A stretch of 64,000 nt of DNA from Takakia lepidozioides (lineage: Eukaryota > Plantae > Bryophyta), in NCBI GenBank assembly GCA_030704615.1, contig CM060734.1:49662001-49726000 (forward strand). Direction: 5' to 3'. Of this stretch, positions 12,601 to 24,880 are shown piece by piece. Position 1 is the first letter of the stretch. The number at the start of each line of letters is the position of its first letter. The notes beneath the pieces were generated by a model. That model was not told the origin of the DNA, did not search any database, and worked only from the letters and a program-made list of their open reading frames with translations. Both the position numbers and the translations under genes were made by a program.

Positions 12601-13852
12601 CGAGAATTTTTTTCTTACGAGCGTTAAATTGTGTTGCTTCGCAAAGTCTTTGTCAGTAAACACGCTGAGGCGCCCGAGTCCAAAAGTGCTTCTACGGAGA
12701 TATTTCGATTTTGCATCCTGATCTTTACTGGAACTGTGAAACAAGGTACAGGGTCTGGAGGTAGAAAGAGACATTTTTTTGGTGATGAATTTGGAGTATC
12801 CAGCCGCATGGTCCCTACTGTGACTGGACATCTTCGTTTTCCGACCTCCTCGTATCGAACACTTGAGTTGTGCCCCGAACTTTGAATCTTATCTTGTTGG
12901 GGCAGTTTAATGCTATGTGATCATCTTCTCCGCAATAAAGACATAATCCATTCGAGCGCCGTCTTTGTTTTTCTTGTGGCGTCAATGGCTTCAATCGGAC
13001 AACATCAATCTGCATAGGATCATTACCGGATGTCTGATGGATCGTTGTGTTTGGTGCCGTGGTAGCAGCGGCATGGTGCGTCGTCGACCATCCTGATCGC
13101 TTCTCTTGACGTCTTTCGAACAAACGATTATCGCATGCAATGACTTGGGGTGATGAATTCGCTCAGTGTACTCACGTTTGGCATTGTCAGCAACAAATCT
13201 TTTACATCCTCTTTTAGACCATATCGAAACTGACTAATGAGACTTTTCTCATTCCAGTCGAGGTCGCACGCAAGTTGTCGAAATTCGGCAGCATAAACGG
13301 AAGCTGGACGTGCTCCTTGTCCAAGATTTCGCATCTTTGTCTCTGCAACTCTCTCTCAATCATTCTCTTCAAACGTTGCAGTGAACTCGGACATGAACGC
13401 TTCAAAATTGTATAGTACATGTGAATTTTTCTCTAATAGCGGTACAAACCAAGATAGGGCAGTGCCTGATAGAAGGGTGTCCACGAATCCCACTTGAATA
13501 CCTTTATCAGGGTAGCGTTGTGGATGTAGTCGTAGGAACAATCGTACTTGTTGAACAAAACCGCGAAATCTTGATCTCGTCCCATCAAATTTTTCGGGCA
13601 TGCTGACCTTTGGTTCCCTTGTAATCTGTTAAAGATTTGGAGGAACCGTTGCAATATGATTTGTTGTAGTATGGACTCGTAAGGTTGAAGATCCATTGTT
13701 CGACTCTGAAATTTGTTGTTGCAAATTATTGAGAGCGTTGCCAAGATCTTGAGACTGATCAGCTTGTAGTTGGGCAGTAGAGGCACGAAACTCTTGCATC
13801 TGGAGCTGAAGACTCTACAATGTGGCGACATTTTCCGCAAATGTGTCTTCAA
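9612..13852 (-). mobile_element. Ty3/gypsy gag-pol, copy B (gag, protease, RT, RNase H, integrase), degenerate and 3' truncated
   Basis: Gag knuckle CLYCGEDDHIALNC, protease [25 protein letters not shown] and YLDD region, RNase H NHKNLEYF, integrase YWWP, SMDFI, AEFAYNN; ends after the GPY/F-like module. No 3' LTR. Confidence 0.95.
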
Positions 13853-13891
13853 TCTTAACTAACTAAGGAACAAACTTTAGTCTCGCCAAAC

Positions 13892-14535
13892 TGTCAAGGA
13901 CGAGAACATAACTGAACACAAACAAGAGATCAGGCTAGAGGTACAAGACTAGACAAGAAGTCAAGGTCGGCGTGGCCGAATGCATGATGAGTAAATAAGA
14001 ATCAAGATTATTTTTATGACAATGAACAAGAGTACAAGATACTATAACACGACTTGAATACTGGAATGCTGGAAACTGGACTGGAGTACCAGATACTGGA
14101 AACTGGGCTAGAGTACTGGGAACTGGACTGGAGTACTGGGGACTGGAAACAAAAGTAGCTTGAACTGATGTTGGCGAGACTGAAGAGTGTCCAATCTCGT
14201 CTCCTATATATACTGGCTACTAAGGAGCTTCCCTAAGAAGCTTCCCCTATGGAGGTTTCTTGATAGAGAAGTTTTCAAGATTAAACAAAGGTTTCTTGAT
14301 GGAGAGGCTTCCTTAAACAAAGGAGGTATCTTTATGGAGAAGTTTCCTCCAAAGGAAGCTTCTTGAGTAGTTTTCCAAGTTACTCTTGGTAATTTGATAA
14401 ACCCCCGGTAACTTGGTAAGTAATGGTAAATCATGGTACATCATGGTAAATCATGATAAGTCATGGTAACTTCCAGTAACATGGTAACTTCTGGTATTTA
14501 CTCCTGGTAAGTTCATATGGGCCATGTCCGTGACA
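13892..14535 (-). repeat. 5' LTR of Ty3/gypsy element, copy B
   Basis: Reverse strand reads TGTCACGGACATGGC...TCCTTGACA, followed by GTTTGGCGAGACT; matches copy A LTR apart from indels. Confidence 0.88.
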
Positions 14536-15730
14536 TCTGAGACTATTCGCAAATGTTGTTCAAGTTCTTCTTCTGTCGTAGAAAATATCAAGATGTCATC
14601 CATAAAGACGAGAAATTTTGCCAAGATATTTTTGAAACAAACAATTCATCAAATGCGTGAACGTGGCCGAAGCATAATTCATAAGCCCAAAGGGTATTAC
14701 TGTGTACTCATAGTGGCCAAAGCGTGAACGAATCCAGGTTTAGGTATATCTCAATCTTTAATTCGTATGTGGTGGTAACCTTATCGTAGATCAAAGTTTG
14801 AAAAAGACTTTACTACTATATAAATGATCTAATAGATCATCAATGCGGGAAAATAGATATTTATTCTTGATTGCCACTTTATTCATCTATGTACAGTCCA
14901 CACACAGTCTCAACCCACCATCTTTCTTCTTTCTGAACATGACACTGGACAGGAGTGCCCCAAGGCGACTTGCTAGCACGGACATATCTCTTCTCAAGCA
15001 AATCACTCAATTGCTTTTCAAGTTCTTCATTTTCTACAATTGAATGTCAATAGGGTGCTTGTGCAAATGGTACTGACTCAGTCATCAAGTCAATGACATG
15101 ATCAATATCACGTACATGAGGCATCCTAGGGATTTCCTTAGGAAACATATCCCTATAATCGTTCAAGATTATTTTTGTCTTGACATGTACTTATATATTT
15201 TTAGTACAATGTCCTGACAGATTCTCATGCATACTTGAACATTTCCATTGCGCGCATACCTTTTCATCTGAACTGCAGACATTAGGGGAACATTGGGGAG
15301 AGCTTGAGTACCTTTCAACTCAAAGGTTTTTCCAGAAGGTAAGGTACCGCTCACCAACCCACGCTTGCAAGCCATCATTGTGTCCATAGGGTCAAGCCAT
15401 TACGTCCCAAAAATATAGTCATAGCTAGACTTCGAAATCTATAGTCGTGTGCACACCTTGCATGATGATTGGTACGGCATAAATATGTCGCTAAGTGGTT
15501 TTTACTCTGCCATTTTGGTAGTAGGACTTAAGATGGTTGTACCAGCTCCTCCTGAGATAACCTTAATTTGTCTGCAAAGGTTTTTGATAGCATGTTATGA
15601 GTGTTGCTCGTGTCAATCAACAACGTCATTGGTTTTTCCACTACCTGTCCTTGGACTCGAATGACATTGTGATTATAAGCCACTTTCCCATCGACGACTA
15701 CAGCTGAAACTCTCATGTTGGAACCTTTTC
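14536..15730 (-). mobile_element. Second, older gypsy pol fragment (protease-RT)
   Basis: Protease-like LLIDTSNTHN, RT-like GYHHIRI and degenerate FMDDILIFS; many stops. Confidence 0.65.
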
Positions 15731-15799
15731 CAGCGATTCTATTATGAGGTAATGGTTCATGAACCCGAGATTGGTCATGTCAAATTGCTGTTGTAAGTA

Positions 15800-16170
15800 G
15801 TGACTTTTTATCCACTCAAATTCCTTTATGATTGGGCCCATTATCAACAGGTCATCAATGTACACAGTACCAACTTTTCACGATCATTGAGGTAATAAAG
15901 GTTATAATAAGCATTGCTACGTTGAAGACCTTGTGACTTAAGATAATTGTTTATCTTCTCGTATCCATGCCCTTGGTGCTTGCTTCAGCCCATATAATAA
16001 GGCCTTATTTAACCTGCACTTTGATCTCTTGTCCCATCACAACGAATCCAGTTGAGTCATAAATACCTCTGCTTTCAGCTCTCCATTAAAAAAAATTGTC
16101 TTCATATCCAAGTGGTACATGGGCCAATTCTTATGTGCTGCTAGTGCAAGCAAGTGTAGATGCATATATT
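15800..16170 (-). mobile_element. Ty1/copia RT fragment
   Basis: LLALAAHKNWPMYHLDMKTIFFNGEL and LNKALLYGLKQAPRAW motifs. Confidence 0.8.
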
Positions 16171-17719
16171 GGTACACTTTTAATTCAGATCGTTTTTTAT
16201 CATAAGACAAGCAGTTTCGGCATTGTACTACCAAAACATGTTAGTTTGTTAGTTGTCTGGATACCGTTGGTAAGGCACGTAGGAACTGAGACAGTGTCTG
16301 CAACGACTGAAGAGTGGAACTCTAGCGTCAAGATGACCGTAGAAAGCTGCATCGACAGCAGATTAGGCTGCCAATTCGGTACCAGAAACGGCGAGGTAAT
16401 CCTGTTCAAACAATACAGGACGACTGTTCCAATCCCAGATTGCGATCTCTCTTTTCTCTCGCCTTTCAAGTCCAGTAGGAACACACGGCGAGGAGCTTGG
16501 CAATTGGTGGAAGCGACATGTACAGCGATGAAATATCGCAATTTTATGGAGCTGATTAGCAGCAGGGCCAAATTATTGATTCAACAGCATTCACATGGTC
16601 TATTATTTGCATTTCTACTTCTTGGATGGATGAAAAATCTTGGAATTCGCCTTGAGGAGCTGGATGGATGAAATGACAACTCGCGCCAACTGGTCATCCA
16701 ATTGGATGGATGAAAAGCCAGCTTTCATTTGCCTCTAAGACTTTTCATCCATGTTGAATATTATATTATAGATCCTCCAAGGAAACAATAGTTTAATGAA
16801 TATTTTCTATTAGTTTATTAGGGCAAGTCTTATCTTGTTCTTCATCTAGTTCTTCATCTTGCTTAGTTTCCTCTTGTTGTCGTAGTGTTTGTTAGTTTGA
16901 GGCTTGAGGAGGCTAGATCCTAGGGCTCGTGGAGCTTGAAGCTCCCTAGTTAGGTAGAATTCTTGTAAGCTAAGACAAGTGGCCTAGCTTGTGGGCCATT
17001 GAGCCATTTCAATTGAGGGCCTTTGAACCATTTCATTTGTGAAGGAAGAGGGTAAATTCATGTGGAGGAAAGTGACTTGAGGACGAGTAGGAGGGGCTGG
17101 TGTGGACTTATGGACGAGAGCCCAAATGGAGGCCGCATAGAGTACCATTACTTGAGTCGATAGAGCATCCCAAGCACTCTCGCATAGAAAGGTTGATCCC
17201 ATCTTTCCATTTCACCATTTATGTATGTGATTCATTTATTTTCTAAGCAAAGCTTGAAGTTGAAAATCTCATTTAGGCTCTTCAAAAGAGGAGAGTGCAT
17301 TGTGGAATCCCACTATTTCATGTCTAGAATTGACAAGGGGAAGAATCCCATAGCCTATTGGAAAGGGTACCAATAGAGGCTTATATTTGAATTGTTTGAA
17401 GAATGAATCTTTGTGTTTTTGGTTACTAATTTGAAATATAGCCAGCTCTGGAAAATGAAGGCCAGCAGACTGGATCTATGATATATGGCCACTATAAGGC
17501 CACTATGTGCTAATCCCCACCCCCCCCACCAGCAAGCCATGGAGGCCTGGGGAGGGTGGGTTGTATTTTTTTGTCTTGGGGTTTGGGCGGGCTAATTTCG
17601 CTTGACAGCCGCTGCCCCAGAGTCGCGAGCAGCCTGGGAGGAGCCCGGGTGCTGCGCCTAGAGAGTAGGCACTCGATTACTAAAAGCGTGGAGGCAGCCG
17701 TGGCCCAGCCACGACGTAC

Positions 17720-18680
17720 ACCTCTCTTCGAAACTTGGGGAACCTTGCGAAACTTCATGACGAAAGCCTCTTCATCTTGGTTTTGGTGGCGATTTGAATT
17801 GCGATTTTCTTCAAGTTGCAAACGTCCAACGATTTCATCTACCGAGGGTAGGTCATTCTCACTGGAAATCACTCTGACAAAGTTATTGTACCTAGGCGGT
17901 AGAACATTTATTATTTGCTCCACTACGATATTGTCATAAGGTCTCTCACCAAACTCTGCTAGTTGGTTCAAGGTGTCTTGAACCAAATTCATGAACTCTG
18001 CAACAGTCGTCCCTTCATCCATACACAAGTTTGAAAAACAATTTTTGACTGCTAATTATTTTGCATTGTTTTTCACCTCAAACTGCCTCTAAAGCGTTGT
18101 CCAACATTCTTTTGGAGTTTTGGCGTTGAGAGTGAAAGGGATGATTTGATCTTTCACGTCTGACAACTTTATAATAAAGAGCGCTTTTCAGATCCTCTGT
18201 CATCGCAGTAGATCATCGTCCCTTGGGTATGATAGGACTACTGAGATCGTTGAAGATTTAGCTTCCTTAGAGTCTGGTTCAATATGCTCCCATAGATCTT
18301 CTCGTTTTGAAAATGCTCTGTATCCGAAACTTCCATATGACGCAGTTGGAAGCATATTCCAATTTGTACTGCTCAGAGAAAGAATTTTCAAGACCTGTCA
18401 TTACGACTAGTTCAGATCACCTAAGAGATAAGGAGAGAGGTAATATTTACAAGTGATATTAAACAGAAAATGGAGAAAGGACAGAAAAAGATAACATAGC
18501 ACAGAGTAAGTCTAGCCTTTCAGACGCAGCCTCGTCCTAAACTACGATCTATCATACTATCGACATAGTGTCTCAGAGTCTTACAGATGCAACTTTGTCC
18601 TAGACAAATTCAACCCTCCCTACAGATCCAACTCCATGAATCTTAGGCACTCGACATATACTATTTCCGCTCTGATACCA
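17720..18680 (-). mobile_element. Ty1/copia 5' region (PBS and gag), truncated
   Basis: tRNA-Met PBS TGGTATCAGAGC (reverse of 18669-18680); UBN2-like gag MDEGTTVAEF...LPPRY. Confidence 0.8.
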
Positions 18681-18989
18681 TGAGAATTTCTTGTATGTTC
18701 AGAAGATATGAACTATACACATGAGCCAGCGACGCTACGGCGGTCTAGGCTCACTCTTTGCTGATGTGGCGTGAGTCCAAGCTCAAGTGACATAACGTGG
18801 CGTGACCCTACGCTCATGGCACGTCAGCATGAACGTACATAGCATGTGGCGGCAGAAAAGGCACTTGTACCCGATGGGCCTATAACCGTGAGAGATGTTC
18901 AATCTATATTTGTGAATTCTGCTGCCTTTTTCAATGAAACCGACACAGTAAGAATTGAAGGAGAGTGCATACACCCATAAAGATTGTTG

Positions 18990-20260
18990 TGGCTATCTTA
19001 TTCCCAAATAATTGCATCGTTCCAACACTGAACTTAGTTGTGTAGCGTCACTTTTTCTGTTGTAACTCAATCCATATACCGCACCAGGCCTCACGTAAGA
19101 ACACATATCTCTTCAGAAAAATGTCATAATAAAACATAGCAAGGAAATATTCATTTTCAAACATACAATGTAAGTAGTGGTGCATTTGTATCCACCCTTG
19201 TTTCAATTACGCAGAGAAGAAACACTGAACTGCAATAAATACAAATGCTTACATGGAACAAATTTCCCTCTTTTTCCTAGACTAGTCGACAACATGCTAA
19301 CAAAATCGAGACATATGCAATTTGAGAAATTTGAAAGTATATATGTTGTAGGTCTTCTCCTGCAAAACATATGTGGATGTGTCATGATTGTGTACACCCA
19401 TATTCCGGATGCAAAACTTACATTGTACCTGCTAGTCGAGCACAAAGCAGATTCGACCAAGGTGTGCATCAACGAAATGGTGTGTGTTGACGCACACCAT
19501 TTTTCCAACCAACCGGGAGGGAAAAAACAAAAAAAATTGTGTTTTTGGAAAAATATGTGCGTCAACGAAATGGTGTGCGTTGACATACACCATTTTCCAA
19601 CCAATCGAAAAATTAAAAGATAAAATAAAATCTCTCTCATGTAGGCTCCGCATCTGGAAATGGGGTCAGATATAAGGGTGTGCTTTGACTCACACCATTC
19701 TAAGGGGCCCATGCGTTTTGTTATTGTGGTACGAGATCGCAGCAACAATGTCTCTCTTAGTCATGCTCTATATCTAGAAATTGGGCCATGCAGAATGGTA
19801 TGCGTTGACGCACACCATTTCAGAGGTTTACCATTCCAAACTGTCCTCCTGTTCTTATAGTATGTGATCGCGGATGTGGAATGTCTGTCATGGTGTGAGG
19901 AAACAGCATGGTTCAGTTTGGTCCTCTGGTTCAGTGTGCTTGCTCATTGTCATGTCTGATTGCACAAGGGTCATGTTGTGTTGCAGGAGTCCTTACCTTT
20001 CCAATGGGACCATCCTTGCCTATGTGCAAAATGCTTTTTTGAAGAGCCCTTCGTCATCTTAGCACCTCCCACATTACGCGGAGGCAATCGCTCGGGAGCT
20101 TGTTTCCATGCCATATTCCACAGCTTGTCTGTGCAACTCTGAGGAGTACAATTTTGAATGCTAGGGCTAGGGTCTACATTGACCATTATCATATTGTCTA
20201 AGGATAACATTAGTTCAGCGAGTTTTGGCAGTATCTCCATATAGTTGGATATTATATCGG
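18990..20260 (-). mobile_element. Degenerate SWIM-finger gene (MULE-associated family) interrupted by a palindrome-rich repeat
   Basis: SNCICLDF...KFVPCKHLY SWIM signature with a GT..AG intron; similar to the SWIM at 5560-5700. Confidence 0.6.
19458..19830. repeat. Small non-coding element with repeated palindrome TGGTGTGCGTYGACGCACACCA
   Basis: About four to five variants of the palindrome at ~19478, 19570, 19675 and 19796; termini and TSD not resolved. Confidence 0.55.
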
Positions 20261-20423
20261 ATATTACACATATTCCTTGAAGAAGAAGTGAAAAAAAAAC
20301 TTTGAAATTGCAATTAGGATTTGGGAAAAAACTTCGTTCTCCCGCGGTAATAGGTTCATCTGCGGTTGTAGGCCCATATACCTCTAGAACATGATGCTAG
20401 AACGTGGGCCTGACCAAGCTCAT

Positions 20424-21177
20424 AGGCAGTTGCAGGATTGGGTCGGATCAAAAGCGGCACATATTGAGTCCATTGGAAGTCCATGGATTTTTGTCTTCTT
20501 GAGTCTATTGCTTTCAGTTTAATTTAAAAAAATAGATAGTAGTATCCATAATATTTTTAGTAAAGATCCCCCTCTTCAAATATTGAAAACATAAATTTTT
20601 ACTAGATATTTTAATCTTTAATTTGAAAAATATATTTAGACGTCAAAATCTAGAGTTTACAACCACTTGTCCATATACCACCTGGCACCTCTAGATTATA
20701 GGTTTGTATGTTTTTTTAGTAAAAAACGACACCTCAAAAACCCAAAACATAGTATGCTATGGACTAGAGCAAATTAAAACCTGTTTTTAGGTGCAAAATA
20801 GTCAATAGCTCCCAATTCCTAAGATAACTAGTCCATATAAAAGTGGATTTGGGTTGGATTTCAAAATGGCACCCCTAGTGTGTTTTCCTTTGTGCCATTG
20901 TATGAGTGTACATGATGTTTTTTCAGTCCATAAGATTTTATGTGTAACATCTGTACTCCATAATAATCATTTAAAAAGTCCATGGCTCTCTGGTACTTGA
21001 TTGTTTTTGCAATCTAACAATTGGTACACATACCTATTGTAGTTAGAAACCTTACACCATATAAATTTAGATGAAATATTGAGTTGTTGGAAAATATGGG
21101 TAAAACCATGGAGGGAGGTCACTGCAGAAGCTGCCATGTTACGCAAAACTGAGACACCCAATCCTGCAAATCCCTGG
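20424..21177 (+). mobile_element. AT-rich MITE (hAT-like termini), copy 1
   Basis: TIRs GGCAGTTGCAGGATTGGG / CCCAATCCTGCAAATCCCTG. An inverted second copy lies at 24200-24880. No clean TSD. Confidence 0.75.
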
Positions 21178-22141
21178 GGCCATGCTCACGTTCTAGCAGA
21201 TTCCCCGACACATTAGCAGAGCAGGTATATATATATATACCGAGAGTACTTCTACCTAACCAACTACCTCCACTAATGGGGCTTATCTCATCCGCGACAT
21301 CACCGTCAACCTCATTAACTACCCACACTACCCACATTAATGAGGCTTATCTCCACCACATCGTCGTCAAGCCTAAACCTATCAATAGAGAAAGAAACGG
21401 AGAGATACAATGGCCATACTGGGATGACTGCGTTTGGTTCAATGTTAAGATCAGCAGACCTACGCATACATTATTACTGAGTAATTATCTCGCCGCTCGG
21501 ACTGATTAGTACTGTCCATTGTCTCGCCAAACTGTGTTAGGTATAGGAGAAGGGCTTGAGTGGAGGGTCTTCCGCCATTTGAGGGCCGTAGCCCGAGGCC
21601 CAGGTCCCGAAAATGGCGGAAGGTTCGAAACGTGGGCCCTTCTCTTGCATAAAGAACTGCTCTCGAGGTGTAGCCTTACGAATTCGTAAAGAATTACCAT
21701 GATATTTTTCTTAGTTCATTTTAGGTCGTTTATAGGGCAGAAGATTGCACTGTACCTTCCAGCCCCCGTAAGGTGCTTGCTACGCTGACAAAATACCTTA
21801 TGAAATTCATAAGGTACTTTGTAATTGGGGCACTCGTTTTTATTTTATGCATGGTTTCTTTATCTTTACAAGAAAATTTTCTTTACAAAACATCACATGA
21901 CATGACTAGCCTTGAACTGAGATCAAACAACTGTGAGTATAGCTTTATTGAAAGAATTTGATCACCATCTTTGTCAAAGAATGTGAGATGACAAACTCAA
22001 TTGAATCAATGTTTCTAGAAACTATTGCTGGTAGACTATATCTGAATTAACATTCAAATTATCTATGTCTACTATAATTTCTGTAAGACTACAACCGAAT
22101 TATCTTCTATCGATCTTAATCTTAACAGATTTATACCGCAA

Positions 22142-24080
22142 TCAAGTTAGTTTTTGAGATGACTCTGAAGAATTATCCATTGAAGTTAATGCTGCAGAAG
22201 CAACAAGAGTATTTGGATCAACGATGTATTTTATAGTGATGGGACAGTTTTGGAAGTTATTGAAAATATGACTAGTATTACTATTCACATTAGCAGGACC
22301 ACGAGGCAAACGACCATGAATAGCCTCCAGCCGCTCTTTATACTTTGGAAGCTCGTCCTCAAACAGCTCATCCGGTACTTATCATCAACATCAGTAGATA
22401 CTCTCTTAGGTTCTGCTATAGGTACCATGGATTTCTCCTCGGAACAAGAAACAGAAGTAATAAGTTAACAATGATCTGATCCCCTGCACATTCTTTCTCC
22501 TACACGTAAACAAACAAATAATTAGATCTTATCACCAAATTGAAATACAACAATGTAAGAAGGAGATATGAAAGAGTTGTACTTTTATCTTCTCATATCC
22601 AATTTTTTCCTCACTGTATGCCTCTTCAAACCGAAGTAGACGACCATTCTTCAATTCTCCACTAATTATTCATTGCATTGCTCGATCTTTTCAATGTTCA
22701 TCAATGCGATTGTACATATCTTCACAGAAAGAAAAAAAATTAAAACCAAAGCACTCATGGAATTGGAATGTGCTGACCCTTACCATTGGAATTCCTTCAT
22801 ATTGTTTTCGTAAAGTCACTTCACTCACTTTCCATAAGAGATTGGATCTTTGTGACCAATCACTTCCATGGCATATTGCCAATGAAGAAGGGCTTCCTCC
22901 ATACGGGTAATTCCAACACCTATGCTTGTCTTATTGGAAAGAATTCTGCACTTCAACTCAGGAAACGTCGCAGTCAACTTATTGACGATCGAAAACAATT
23001 GGTTTCGACCAATTGGAGAAGTATTAAATCACACATCATCAGATTTTTTCCACTTCGGTTTAGCACACTGAAACAAGGGGTATGCCTCTGGTTTGTTATG
23101 AGGCCAAACAACATGGCGATGTCTAACCAATTCTTTGTAGGTGTTTATAACATCATCAACAGGGCAATCAATAGCAAGTCGGTGCCTATCAACAGAACAG
23201 TGCCTAATAATGTCTATACACCAATTTTTAGAAACACCTTGGCAAAACCTGAGCACCAACCCAATAGGAAGCTATACCTAACTGAATTCATCATAATCAA
23301 CATTCCTTAGCTCTTGTCCTCCCCGGATAAAAAAATTCCGCATACAGAAGTAGTCAAATCTGAGATTTAGGCCAGTTGCCAATGTCGACTGATAGATTTA
23401 TTGTGCCAACATTTTCCGCTCCTCTTCAATTGTCAGAATGTCAGATTTCTTGATAGTCTTCCCAAGACCAACATTTAACGCTTGCAATCCTGCTTCATCA
23501 TATGCTAATTTTACTCGACGATATCTCAAGTCAGTCAAAATGTTAAACGGCACTTAAGGTGCTTTCCCGGTCCCAAAAACACGGTAGCCCTGTCTCTGTC
23601 TGATTAACCTTTTAATGTTTCTTATCAAAGCCTGGATGCTGCAGTACAACTCAAAAATAGCTAGAACAATTTAAGCTATCTAAGCCATGGACATAGAAAA
23701 ACAGAAATATCATAATGGACAAGTGCCTTGTTGGAGGGTATAAACTGCCATCATTTTTTTTTGCCACCTGAATGACAAAAAGGGCAAGCATGTCCACAAG
23801 CTCTTTCACAGTGTTATAATTCTATGATAAATCTGCTATAGATTTTTCTGAATGGTATCATCTAAAGCGCCTCCACTCATAGAAAGCATTTTTGGCCGTT
23901 ATAGGGCCAACCCCCGAAAGGGGCAGTAGCTGTAAGGCGAAGTGGCTCTTAGTTGTGCCGGCTAAGGCCGGAGTCTTCTCTCTCTCTCAACATTTTTGGC
24001 CCATAGTTCTCCATGTTTACTTGCTCTCTGAATAAACTGGGTAGATTGCGATGATCTCTACTTAAGAGATCATCAACCTT
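22142..24080 (-). pseudogene. Crypton-type (DUF3504-like) tyrosine recombinase gene, intron-containing, decayed
   Basis: Manual translation: ELWAKNAFYEWRR...LALFVIQVAKKNDGSLYPPT/SIQALIR...FNILTD...ILTIEEERKML...NFFIRGGQELR...VSKN...PIGRNQL...LSNKTSI.VGITRM...MEVIGHKD..SYGK/YNR. Frame held from ~23897 to 22830 across an 88-nt intron, with scattered stops. Confidence 0.8.
23898..23988 (+). mobile_element. 5'-truncated non-LTR retro insertion ending in (TC)n
   Basis: Flanked by the direct repeat CATTTTTGGCC (23887-23897 and 23991-24001). The same 3' end recurs at ~63870-63938. Confidence 0.75.
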
Positions 24081-24199
24081 GTAATACATTGGGCATGAGA
24101 TTGAGGTCTCTCCACACCTTCTTTGAGTTAGCCGCTACTTCCATTGGTGGAGTTGGAAGCACGAACCGAGTGGAACCTTAATTCATCGTAAAGAACTGC

Positions 24200-24880
24200 C
24201 CACAGGGTTTTATCCATATTTGTTCAACAACTCAATATTTCATCTAAATTTATATGGTGTAGGGTTTCTAACTACAATAGGTGTGTGTACCAATTGTAAG
24301 ATTGCAAAAACAATCATGTACCAGAGAGCCATGGACTTTTAAAATTGACTATTGTGGCCTGCAGATGTTATACATAAAATCTTATGGACTGAAAAAACAT
24401 CATGTACACTCATATAATGACATAAATGAAAACACATTAGGGGTGCCATTTTTAAATCCAACCCAAATCCATTTTTATGTGGACTAATTATCTTAGGAAT
24501 TGAGAGCTATGGACTATTTTGCACCTAGTTGATTTGCTCTAGTCCATAGCATCTTATGTTTTGGGTTTTTGAGGTGTCTTCTTTTACGAAATATGCATAC
24601 AAACCTATAATCTAGAGGTGCTACGTAGTATATGGACAAGTGGTTGTAAATTCTAGATTTTCATGTCTAAATATATTTTTTAAATTATAGATTAAAATAT
24701 CTAGTAAAGAATATTTTCAATCTTTGAGAAAGGACTCTTTACTAAAAATGTTATATATACTACTATCTATTTTTTCTTAAAATAAACTGAAAGCAATAGA
24801 TTCAAAAACAAAAACTTCCATGGACTTCCAATGGACTCAACATGTGCCGCTTTTGATCCACCCAATCCTGCAACTGCCCC
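24200..24880 (-). mobile_element. AT-rich MITE, copy 2 (inverted, one end missing)
   Basis: Reverse complement aligns by eye with 20424-21110; ends CCCAATCCTGCAACTGCC. Confidence 0.75.

Noticed and set aside
4032-14535. DIRS-like element with inverted terminal repeats
   Set aside because: The arms include gag, and the pol has a DDE integrase and a protease rather than a tyrosine recombinase.
16096-16671. 191-aa ORF
   Set aside because: Spans the antisense of a copia RT and unrelated sequence; no domain signal.
22786-23310. 174-aa plus-strand ORF
   Set aside because: Antisense shadow of the minus-strand recombinase frame.
23898-23975. Self-cleaving ribozyme (hammerhead or HDV-like)
   Set aside because: No CTGA.GA/GAAA core and no double pseudoknot could be built.
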